From Patescibacteria group bacterium (GTDB lineage Bacteria; Patescibacteriota; Patescibacteriia; Magasanikbacterales; UBA922): a stretch of 64,000 nt of DNA. Location of the stretch: contig JAHJIX010000022.1 of the NCBI GenBank assembly GCA_018823045.1, positions 1,508 to 65,507 on the forward strand, given 5' to 3'. The notes under the pieces are model-generated. The model was not told the DNA's origin, ran no database searches, and saw only the letters and a list, made by a program, of their open reading frames with translations. The first letter of the stretch is position 1, and every line of letters begins with the position of its first letter. Shown in pieces: positions 44,827 to 53,646 of the stretch. The position numbers and the translations under genes were made by a program.

Positions 44827-46641
44827 TTAGCTATTATTTTTCATATTATACAAAGTACTAAAATAAGATTGTTTATCCTGTAATAAAACATCAGGATGTC
44901 CACTCTCTATAATACTTCCCTTATCCAAAACAAATATATTGTCGACATCACGCACAGTAGATAAACGATGTGCAATCATAATGACGGTTACTTTCCCCTT
45001 TAAATCGTTAATGACATGTTGAATATATTGTTCAGATTCATTATCAAGAGCACTTGTTGCTTCATCAAAAATAAGAATCTTTGGTTTTCTTGCAAGCATA
45101 CGCGCAATGACAATACGCTGTCTTTGTCCTACAGATAAGGCAATACCACGCTCACCAATCATCGTATCAAAATCCTGTTCACATTGCATAATAAAATCAT
45201 AAATATATGCTTTTTTTGCTGCAGCGATAGCATCTTTTTTTGTAATAGTATCATCATAAAAAATGATATTATTTAAAATACTATCATTTTTTAAAAACAT
45301 ATCTTGAGATACATAACCAATATTATTTCTCCATTTTTTCATATTGATGTCACCCACAGGAACACTATCTAAACAAATCATACCACTATCAACCGAAAAT
45401 AATCTTAAAACTAAATCAACAACGGTTGTCTTTCCTGCACCAGAAGGCCCGATAAACGCAACACTTTCTCCTTGTGTAATATTGATATTTACTCGATTTA
45501 AAATTACATTTTTTGTATCATATGAAAAAGAAACATTTTGAAAAGATAATGCATCTTTAAATATAAACTCTTTATCTCCGACAATAGATTCCTTATGCTG
45601 TTTCAATACACGTCCATATTGAATAATATTATCAAGATATGAAAGTGACTCACTCATTCCATGTACACTTGTCTGCAATTGTTGAACATAATTGAACATA
45701 CGTTGCACCAAATAAATCACAGCAATTAATGCACCGAAATTTAAATAATTAAACTGATAAGATAATCCAAATAACAAACAAATAAACACAAGACTAATCA
45801 ATTGTAAGACTTGTGGTGAAAAATTTTTATATATATATACCTTAACTTTATACTCATTTAACAATTTAAAATATTGATTCCCTGTTTGCATAAGTTTATC
45901 AGCTACTCCGGTATATTTTAATGTTTTCATCCCTAATACATTTTGATTTACAAAATGTGAAACATCTTCTAATGCTTTCCCAGCCTTATACCCAATATTT
46001 TTTGTTTTTACAAAAATTGGTTTTAATACAAATATAGACAATATACCTAAAATAAATGCCCCTAATGTAATTATGATAGAAATATTTAAAGCAATCACGA
46101 CATATGTACACAATATCACAATTGCCATAAATGTAGTACTCAAACTAAGTAATGCATTGGCCCCATATTGCACATGAGTAATTAACAATGTTTCAAGCTT
46201 ACCAAATTTTTGTTTCAATAAATAACTCCACTCTGCATTTAATGTTTTCTTTAATAATTCACTACGAGTTTTTTCTTCGTAATCTGCACTAATTTTTATT
46301 TTAATATAATAAAAAGCCAACAAAACCAATGTACGCACAATAAATATACTTAAAATAAATATAAGTAAAGTAGTTATATTAAAATCTACATGAAAAAAAA
46401 CAAACAACTTTTCAATAGATTGAGAAATAATATCTTGCCCTCGCTCACCTTGATTCATCGCAATAGAAAATAAAGGGATTAATGCATTAACACCAATTCC
46501 TTCTAATAAACCACTCAAAAAACCCATCAATGTTAAAGTAAGCACCTGCTTACGATATGCTTTAAAACTTCGATATAATACCAAAATAACATGAATATTT
46601 TTTAACATGCTTTTTATTTTTTGTGAAATGATGGAAAACAT
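44827..46641 (-). CDS. ABC transporter, fused permease/ATP-binding exporter (MsbA/type I exporter-like)
   Basis: 604 aa. Six N-terminal TM helices. Walker A GPSGAGKTTVVDLV. ABC signature LSVGQRQRIVIARML. Walker B ILIFDEATSALD. H-loop IMIAHRL. Confidence 0.88.
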   Translation of the reverse strand: MFSIISQKIKSMLKNIHVILVLYRSFKAYRKQVLTLTLMGFLSGLLEGIGVNALIPLFSIAMNQGERGQDIISQSIEKLFVFFHVDFNITTLLIFILSIFIVRTLVLLAFYYIKIKISADYEEKTRSELLKKTLNAEWSYLLKQKFGKLETLLITHVQYGANALLSLSTTFMAIVILCTYVVIALNISIIITLGAFILGILSIFVLKPIFVKTKNIGYKAGKALEDVSHFVNQNVLGMKTLKYTGVADKLMQTGNQYFKLLNEYKVKVYIYKNFSPQVLQLISLVFICLLFGLSYQFNYLNFGALIAVIYLVQRMFNYVQQLQTSVHGMSESLSYLDNIIQYGRVLKQHKESIVGDKEFIFKDALSFQNVSFSYDTKNVILNRVNINITQGESVAFIGPSGAGKTTVVDLVLRLFSVDSGMICLDSVPVGDINMKKWRNNIGYVSQDMFLKNDSILNNIIFYDDTITKKDAIAAAKKAYIYDFIMQCEQDFDTMIGERGIALSVGQRQRIVIARMLARKPKILIFDEATSALDNESEQYIQHVINDLKGKVTVIMIAHRLSTVRDVDNIFVLDKGSIIESGHPDVLLQDKQSYFSTLYNMKNNS

Positions 46642-46649
46642 ATTACTAT

Positions 46650-46895
46650 TTATTCATTTAATGTATGTATCACTCGCTTTTTTACTGACAAATATGATTT
46701 TATGGCTTTTTTTTCTACTTCTGGTGAAACAAGTTTTAGTATTTCCTTTCCTAAAATTCTATATTGTCTTCCTACTTTATTTGCCTTAATCAAGCCACTT
46801 TTCAGTAACCTTTTCATTGTACTTTTACTAATCTTTAGTAATTGTTCAACTTCGCTCGTTGTATAAATAGCATTTGGCTTTATTTCTTCGTGCAT
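46650..46895 (-). CDS. Excisionase/MerR-type helix-turn-helix DNA-binding protein (HTH_17-like)
   Basis: 81 aa. AIYTTSEVEQLLKISKSTMKRLLKSGLIKANKVGRQYRI matches the Xis-family HTH pattern (lt..E.a..L.vs..T...l...G.l......gr..ri). Confidence 0.6.
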   Translation of the reverse strand: MHEEIKPNAIYTTSEVEQLLKISKSTMKRLLKSGLIKANKVGRQYRILGKEILKLVSPEVEKKAIKSYLSVKKRVIHTLNE

Positions 46896-46960
46896 ATATC
46901 TAATGATTTACATTATTTATAGTATACAGCAAAGTATCATAAGGTGTCAATAAAGCTCAA

Positions 46961-46988
46961 TTGACATAAACTCCATATACAGTATACT
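46961..46988 (+). promoter_or_regulatory. Sigma70-like promoter TTGACA-16-TATACT upstream of the only plus-strand glycosyltransferase gene of the locus
   Basis: TTGACA at 46961-46966 and TATACT at 46983-46988. Located in the divergent intergenic region between the HTH gene (-) and the GT4 gene (+). Confidence 0.35.
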
Positions 46989-46997
46989 ATATAATAT

Positions 46998-48122
46998 ATG
47001 AAAAACATACTTATCCTCATAACAAAAGCAGAAGTAGGCGGTGCACAGATGTCTGTATTTAACCTTGCCCGAAAATTAAAAGAAAAAGGATTCCCTATTA
47101 CCGTTGGTTTTGGAACAGGTACTTTTTTAGCAGATAAATTAAAAGATCTCAATATACCAACCAAACGATTTTCATATTTAAAACGAACCATATCTCCCTA
47201 TACTAATATTCGTTTTATTTTTGAAACAAAAAAATATATAGATACCCATAATATAGATGTGATACACCTAAATAGTACAAATACACTCTTTGCTGCAATA
47301 GCCGCAAAATTATCTAACAATAAACCAAACGTTATCTTTACTCATAGAGGCTTGTCTCTTCTTGATAAAGATTACAAACAAAGTGCTCTTATTCGACTAT
47401 ATGCAAAAATTTCATTTACATTACTTCTTCCACTTGTTCATCATCAAGTATTTGTAAGCAAAGAAAACCAAACACAAGCACAACGATTTTCTTTTGTAAA
47501 AAATGACACTGTTATCTATAATGGTTTAGACCAGCAACTACTTAAATTTTACCCAAAAGAACAAGCACATGAATTTTTTGAAAAAAAAATAGGCCAATCA
47601 CTACAAAATAAAACAATCATAGGATCAATAGGCCGACTTGCTTATCAAAAAAATTATGAGTTTTTAATAAAAGAATTTTTGACAATCAAAGAAAAATATC
47701 CACAGACAGTATGTCTTATCATTGGCACTGGGCCAGAAGAAACAAGATACAAAGAACTTATTCAAAAATACAATCTTACAAAAGATATTTATTTACTCGG
47801 AAATATCCCAGAAGCATACCGCTACATGAAGGGATTTAATATTTTTGTTCTTCCTTCTCGTTATGAAGGGCTTTCGATTACTCTCCTTGAAGCATTATTT
47901 GCAGGTATTCCTATTATTAGTAGCCAAGTTGGTGGTGCACAAGAAACCATAGCAAATAACTCATGTCTGTATCCACTTAATGACAGTATACGGTTTCAAG
48001 AAGCACTTAATACATTGATCCCCTCAAAAGAATTACAAGAAAAGCTTGGAAAAGAAAACAAAAAAAATTCAAGCATATTTAATATTGATCATACAGTTGA
48101 TTCTTATATCAAACTATACTAG
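46998..48122 (+). CDS. Glycosyltransferase family 4 (group 1)
   Basis: 374 aa. N-terminal ILILITKAEVGGAQMSVFNLA. C-terminal GT4 EX7E region PSRYEGLSITLLEALFAGIPIISSQVGG. Confidence 0.8.
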   Translation: MKNILILITKAEVGGAQMSVFNLARKLKEKGFPITVGFGTGTFLADKLKDLNIPTKRFSYLKRTISPYTNIRFIFETKKYIDTHNIDVIHLNSTNTLFAAIAAKLSNNKPNVIFTHRGLSLLDKDYKQSALIRLYAKISFTLLLPLVHHQVFVSKENQTQAQRFSFVKNDTVIYNGLDQQLLKFYPKEQAHEFFEKKIGQSLQNKTIIGSIGRLAYQKNYEFLIKEFLTIKEKYPQTVCLIIGTGPEETRYKELIQKYNLTKDIYLLGNIPEAYRYMKGFNIFVLPSRYEGLSITLLEALFAGIPIISSQVGGAQETIANNSCLYPLNDSIRFQEALNTLIPSKELQEKLGKENKKNSSIFNIDHTVDSYIKLY

Positions 48123-50035
48123 ACCATCCACTCTTCATACCACAACTGAAAGGCAATAATCATCCACAATTTTTCTGGTTGAACAGAATAAATATCCTTA
48201 CGAATAATTTGTATATACTCAAGAGAGAATATATGCTGTTTTTTAATATATTCGTCAGATAGATATACTTCTATCATCTTTTTACCCCAATCACTCGTCA
48301 ACCACGCCCCAATTGGTGGAACAAAGCCTGATTTTTCACGCTCAAACAATCCTTGATCAAGATGACGGCCTAACACTTGTTTAAGCATCTTTTTTGTACC
48401 TAACTGTTCTTGCCTTATTTCTTTGGGTAGCGAAGAAACAAAAGACAATATTGATTCATCTAAAAACGGCTCTCTCCCCTCTACACCATGTGCCATGGTC
48501 ATTCTATCCGTTTTTACCAAGATATCGTCAAGAAAGTAGATTTTTAGGTCCCAGAGCTGCATCTGTTCTATAGGTGTCACATCAGTTTCTTCTACAAATA
48601 ACTGATTTAGTATATTTGGAGCATTATCTTGTGTGATACCTAATTTCTTTAATTCATCAACAGAAAAATATCGGCTACTTTGAATAAAACGATCTTTTAT
48701 ACTTGTTACAGCCAACAATTTTTTCAACTTATATAATTTTCTTTCAATATTTGAATATAATGGAAGAAGTTTCACAAAAACCATTAATCTATATACAGAT
48801 AACAACACAGAAATTGGCAACATGAAGCAAACACGTAAAAATACTTTTTTATATCGCGCCATACTCTGTAATGCATCGACTGCTTTATATTTTGTATACC
48901 CAGAAAATAATTCATCTCCCCCATCACCTGACAAAGCAACTTTTACATGATCTTTTGTATATTTTGCAAGCAAATACGTTGGAATGGCTGAACTATCTGC
49001 AAATGGTTCATCATATACCTGAAATAATTGTGGGATACATGCTTTAACATCTTTTTCTGTAAGATATATTTCATGATGATCCGTACCCAACACTTCTGCA
49101 ATTTTTTTTGCATAAGGTGCTTCATCATACCTAGAATCTTCAAAACCAATAGTAAATGTTTTTATTTTTTCTTTTCTCCCTTTTTGTAATAATGCTGCCA
49201 CAAGAGAAGAGTCAATCCCCCCACTTAAAAATACTCCAACATCCACATCTGCGACCATTCTATAATCAAAACTCTTTTGTAACACTTGTTCGAGTTCATC
49301 AATATATTCTTTTTCTGTTTTATTTTTGTCAATTAAACGATGTTTTATACTGTCTAAAGCATCCCAATATGCATAATCAACAATACTCCCATCAACAGCT
49401 ACTTCTAAATAATGTCCAGGCAACACTTTACATATTCCTTCAAAAATACTATACGGTGCAGGGATATACCCTAACTGAAAATATAGTTGAAGCGCTTTTT
49501 GGGATATTTGTTTTTTATACTCAGGATATACAAGTAATGCTTTTAATTCTGAAGCAAATAACACAGACCCATCTTGCTCTAAGATATATAATGGCTTTAC
49601 TCCAAAACGATCACGAACAATATACATTTTTTGCAAAGAGTCATCCCATAATGCAAAAACAAACATCCCTATAAACTTTCGAATACTTTCATTAATCCCC
49701 CATTCAATATAAGCATGAGCAATCACTTCTGTATCTGTTTCATTTACAAATTCATGTCCTAAATCCTGTAATTCTTTTTTTATTTCCTTATAATTATATA
49801 CTTCTCCATTATAGCTAATAATATATTTTTTTTGCTTATACATCACTGTCATTGGCTGTGCACCCGCATATGATAATCCAATGATAGCAAGTCGAGTATG
49901 CCCTAAATAGACGTTATTTTCGGTATCACAATACAGTCCATCACCATCAGGACCACGATGTCTAATTTGCTCAAGCATATCTTGAGCAATTGACTTGTCT
50001 AATCGTTTTGATATTCCACCAATAATGCCACACAT
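48119..50035 (-). CDS. asnB: Asparagine synthase (glutamine-hydrolysing) family amidotransferase (AsnB/WbpS-like)
   Basis: 638 aa. The N-terminal MCGIIGG is the class II glutamine amidotransferase Cys2. The PP-loop is SGGIDSS in the synthetase domain. Confidence 0.88.
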   Translation of the reverse strand: MCGIIGGISKRLDKSIAQDMLEQIRHRGPDGDGLYCDTENNVYLGHTRLAIIGLSYAGAQPMTVMYKQKKYIISYNGEVYNYKEIKKELQDLGHEFVNETDTEVIAHAYIEWGINESIRKFIGMFVFALWDDSLQKMYIVRDRFGVKPLYILEQDGSVLFASELKALLVYPEYKKQISQKALQLYFQLGYIPAPYSIFEGICKVLPGHYLEVAVDGSIVDYAYWDALDSIKHRLIDKNKTEKEYIDELEQVLQKSFDYRMVADVDVGVFLSGGIDSSLVAALLQKGRKEKIKTFTIGFEDSRYDEAPYAKKIAEVLGTDHHEIYLTEKDVKACIPQLFQVYDEPFADSSAIPTYLLAKYTKDHVKVALSGDGGDELFSGYTKYKAVDALQSMARYKKVFLRVCFMLPISVLLSVYRLMVFVKLLPLYSNIERKLYKLKKLLAVTSIKDRFIQSSRYFSVDELKKLGITQDNAPNILNQLFVEETDVTPIEQMQLWDLKIYFLDDILVKTDRMTMAHGVEGREPFLDESILSFVSSLPKEIRQEQLGTKKMLKQVLGRHLDQGLFEREKSGFVPPIGAWLTSDWGKKMIEVYLSDEYIKKQHIFSLEYIQIIRKDIYSVQPEKLWMIIAFQLWYEEWMV

Positions 50036-50036
50036 A

Positions 50037-51110
50037 CTATTTTTCTATAAATGCTAAAATAGCCTCTGCACGCTTTTCCCAGGTATAGTATTTAACATCT
50101 GTGCGTGCTTGCAGGGCTTTTTCCTGTGCCTTTGTATAATTATTAAAAATAATATCTATTTGCTCTACCGCAGTAGACAGATCTTCTGGATTAAATAAAT
50201 ATGAATTGTTATCATTAAAGATTTCTTTAATAGACCCAATACTCGATACTAACGCTGGTACTTCAGCTGCTAAATACTCAAACATCTTTAATGCGGAATG
50301 ATATTTCCACGTTTTTAACTGTTTGGTAAATGGCAATAATAAAATATCCGCACTCATTATATATTTAGGAACTTCTGGTATACTTTTATATCCAATATAA
50401 TGAATATTACTTAAATTAACTTCAATATCAATCCCTTTATCTCCCATAATGACAAAATGATACTTTGGATATTTTTTTGCCAAATGTACAATAATCCCCA
50501 ACCCTTTTCCTTTATATAAATTACTACTATAAAGTAACAACTTTTCTTCTGGATTTACACTCAATTCTTTACACAAATTTTGTCGTACTATTTTTTTATC
50601 AACTACAGTATACTTTTCTAAAAAAACTCCATCATGAGCTACCAACACATCGTTACTGTAAATATCATATTTCTTAATAACGAATTCTTTTAATGCTTGA
50701 GAAATAGCCACTATTTTTATTTTTTTTGAAAGAAGACGAAATAAATAATTACCCACAGTAGTTTCAAAAGGTTTATGTATTTCATACATAACAGTATAAC
50801 CTAATGTGTTATACACAAATGCAACCCCAACATCTCGTGTATAAATAACATCTGGAGAAAACTTTTTTACCTGAAATAAAGAAACTATTATAAAATAAAT
50901 ATAACGAAATATACGTGGGCCTTTAGTCAAACAAGATATCCTTTTCCAATTAAATGGTCGAGAAATATTTTTATTATTATCTAATTTTGGAGAAAACAAA
51001 CAAAAATCATCCACTAATTTTTTAGCAAAAACAGTACTCATTGCTTGCACCTGAATATTTTGTGCATCACGAGCAGGTATTTTTATATTAGTAATGTATG
51101 CCAATTTCAT
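50037..51110 (-). CDS. Putative glycosyltransferase (GT4-like)
   Basis: 357 aa. C-terminal motif KYHSALKMFEYLAAEVPALVSS (E-x7-E-like). The N-terminal lobe is not diagnostic. Confidence 0.55.
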   Translation of the reverse strand: MKLAYITNIKIPARDAQNIQVQAMSTVFAKKLVDDFCLFSPKLDNNKNISRPFNWKRISCLTKGPRIFRYIYFIIVSLFQVKKFSPDVIYTRDVGVAFVYNTLGYTVMYEIHKPFETTVGNYLFRLLSKKIKIVAISQALKEFVIKKYDIYSNDVLVAHDGVFLEKYTVVDKKIVRQNLCKELSVNPEEKLLLYSSNLYKGKGLGIIVHLAKKYPKYHFVIMGDKGIDIEVNLSNIHYIGYKSIPEVPKYIMSADILLLPFTKQLKTWKYHSALKMFEYLAAEVPALVSSIGSIKEIFNDNNSYLFNPEDLSTAVEQIDIIFNNYTKAQEKALQARTDVKYYTWEKRAEAILAFIEK

Positions 51111-51117
51111 ATTATAT

Positions 51118-52236
51118 TTACTCCTTTGTATATAATTCTATAACCTGCTCTCCATAATGTTCCCAAGTAAATTTTTGAACATGCTTATTTGCGGCTATCC
51201 CCAATTTTATTCTAATATCTTCGTGATTATACAAATATTTCATTTTTTCTACTAATGAATTTACATCTGCAATAGGTACTATATACCCGTGCTTACCATC
51301 TTCTACAATAGATCCAGAGTTATCTGTTGTAATAACAGGCAAAGAATAACTCATTGCTTCATACACCACTTTTGCCGATCCTTCTAGTAATGAAGGGAAT
51401 ACAAATATATCGGCATCAATAAAATATTCTTTTAAATCAACAAAACCATGAAAAAAAATATTCCCCACTGTATATTTTTTTATTTCTTCTTGTATTTCCT
51501 TATATACCCGACCACAAATATGTAACTCAGCATCCTGAAAACCTGCTTTTCTCCATGCTTGTAATAAATATAATATACCTTTTCTATAATTAACATTCCC
51601 AGCAAATAAAAACTTTACTTTTTTATTTTGTTTTTTTTCTATATATTTTTTAACATTATTTGCACCAAAAGGGACTAACGCATAATCTTTATTAGTAAAA
51701 CCAGCATTTTTCACTGTTTCTTTTACAAATACAGAAGGAACCACAATTACATCACTCAATTCTATCGCTTGAGTTAAAGAAGTTAATACATCTTGATTTC
51801 CATTTCCTACATGAATTCCTTTTTTTCGCAAATATTTAGTATACCCATCATACCCCATTGGCATATCTAAATATATTTGCACTCCTTTTTTCTTTAGATA
51901 CTCAATACTTTTAGGCAAACCCTCCCCAAAATGGGCTACAGTATATAAATACTTTTCTTTTTTTAACTGCTGTAATACAAATCGATCAAATAAATATATT
52001 TCTAGCGGTCTATAATGCAAAGATGGAAATATATAAATACGAATAGCATTTAACACTCTTCCTAAAATATTTTTATACCATGGAATACATACTTCCAACT
52101 CACTGTAATTTGCTCGTGCGATAATATGAACTTTTTTATGTTTCTTTTTTAATTCAGAAGCAATCTTACCAAAACGAAAACCAATCGTGTTACCACGACC
52201 AATATCTGAATTCACACAAAGAAATATAGTCCCCAT
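51118..52236 (-). CDS. Glycosyltransferase family 4
   Basis: 372 aa. GT4 donor-binding region FPSLLEGSAKVVYEAMSYSLPVITTDNSGS. Confidence 0.78.
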   Translation of the reverse strand: MGTIFLCVNSDIGRGNTIGFRFGKIASELKKKHKKVHIIARANYSELEVCIPWYKNILGRVLNAIRIYIFPSLHYRPLEIYLFDRFVLQQLKKEKYLYTVAHFGEGLPKSIEYLKKKGVQIYLDMPMGYDGYTKYLRKKGIHVGNGNQDVLTSLTQAIELSDVIVVPSVFVKETVKNAGFTNKDYALVPFGANNVKKYIEKKQNKKVKFLFAGNVNYRKGILYLLQAWRKAGFQDAELHICGRVYKEIQEEIKKYTVGNIFFHGFVDLKEYFIDADIFVFPSLLEGSAKVVYEAMSYSLPVITTDNSGSIVEDGKHGYIVPIADVNSLVEKMKYLYNHEDIRIKLGIAANKHVQKFTWEHYGEQVIELYTKE

Positions 52237-52244
52237 ATAGAATA

Positions 52245-52943
52245 TTAAGCAGTAATTAATGTTTCTTCTTCAGAAACTGCCGTTATTTTATTTACTCCCG
52301 ACACATCACTTGTAATTTTTCTTGTTAATGTACTTATTCCAAATGTACTACTTTTTTTCTTTAATACAACCTCAATATGCAATTGCTCCTCTCCTTGAAT
52401 AATAGTTTCTAAACGAAGATGAGAACGTTTACATAACTCATCCATTATTTTTTGTAATAAATCTTTTTTAATATCATGACCATAAATAACCAATAAAAAT
52501 GTCGTATGGTTATCTTGTTTACGAGAAAAAAATAAAATAACTGCAGCAATAATAATATGAGAAATAATTGCTAATTTATATATAAATACGCCAGAAACAA
52601 TTCCAGTACTTACTGCCCAAAATAAAAAAGCAATATCACGAGGATCTTTAATTGCAGAACGAAAACGAACAATTGACAAGGCGCCAATCATTCCCAAAGA
52701 TAGTGCCAAATTTCCACTAATTGCCATAACAATAACTGCAGCAACTAAAGATACTAAAATAAGCGTCATACCAAAATTCTTTGAAAAAGTAACACCACTA
52801 TATGTTTTTTTGTATATATAATAAATAAATGATGATAAAAAGAATGTTAATAGTAAACTCGCCGTAATCTGTCCAATGGTATATTGCATTGAAGATACAA
52901 ATTCTTGATTCCCCAATAATTCTTTTACTAAAATGTTATCCAT
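52245..52943 (-). CDS. DUF4956-domain membrane protein
   Basis: Four to five TM helices and the DUF4956-like motif LGMIGALSIVRFRSAIKDPRD. The start was chosen at MDNILVKEL. The longer ORF reaches 52979 and would overlap the upstream VTC gene. Confidence 0.55.
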   Translation of the reverse strand: MDNILVKELLGNQEFVSSMQYTIGQITASLLLTFFLSSFIYYIYKKTYSGVTFSKNFGMTLILVSLVAAVIVMAISGNLALSLGMIGALSIVRFRSAIKDPRDIAFLFWAVSTGIVSGVFIYKLAIISHIIIAAVILFFSRKQDNHTTFLLVIYGHDIKKDLLQKIMDELCKRSHLRLETIIQGEEQLHIEVVLKKKSSTFGISTLTRKITSDVSGVNKITAVSEEETLITA

Positions 52944-52953
52944 AAACTCTAAC

Positions 52954-53646
52954 TTAATAAATAAATTCCCTTGATGCACAGTATTTACTAATGGCTAAAC
53001 GATGATTATTATTAAATGTAAGTAAACGAGAAATATATGTAGGCAAATATGTATTAAACTTTACTTCTAAAATAATAAAAGGAATGTCAGTTATGTGCTC
53101 TAATTGAAGATTTTTTTCAAAAAAATCTCGACAATACTCTTTTTTTCTCACTTCCTTGTCAAAAGTAATTCGAACATTATTGATATCAAATAAAAAAGCT
53201 TCTCGCATATACTCAACAATTACGACAGGCTTATGTATATTCCTTTCTAAAATATACATAATTTCAGGAGCAATCATTTTTTTTTCATTGTTATTTAATG
53301 ATACAACTCCAACATCAATAATTTTCTGTGCTAACGACACGGTAATCGTACTGCTTATTTTACGTACAATAGCTCCTTCTTTTTTCTTTACTTCTAATTT
53401 TACTACATCTGATTTTCCATTATATATGCGTATACGTATCTTTTCTCTTTTTGATACTCCATCAAGCTTATCATAATAAGCAGTATTATTCAATGTATCA
53501 AAATATACACTCCTTACTGAGTAATCACCATCGATACTAGCGTATTTATCCATGGTCATTATCGCTGAAATACGATCTTTTAACACAACATAATCTTGCT
53601 TTGAAATAAAATATTTATATTCAAAACGTTTAATATCAATTTTTGA
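52954..53646 (-). CDS. VTC-domain (CYTH-like, polyphosphate-polymerase-type) protein
   Basis: N-terminal SKIDIKRFEYKYFI and YSVRSVYFDT...REKIRIRIY match the VTC/CYTH beta-tunnel motifs (R.E.Ky; charged beta-strands). The start was chosen at MSKIDIK; the longer ORF reaches 53688. Confidence 0.6.
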   Translation of the reverse strand, partial: SKIDIKRFEYKYFISKQDYVVLKDRISAIMTMDKYASIDGDYSVRSVYFDTLNNTAYYDKLDGVSKREKIRIRIYNGKSDVVKLEVKKKEGAIVRKISSTITVSLAQKIIDVGVVSLNNNEKKMIAPEIMYILERNIHKPVVIVEYMREAFLFDINNVRITFDKEVRKKEYCRDFFEKNLQLEHITDIPFIILEVKFNTYLPTYISRLLTFNNNHRLAISKYCASREFIY

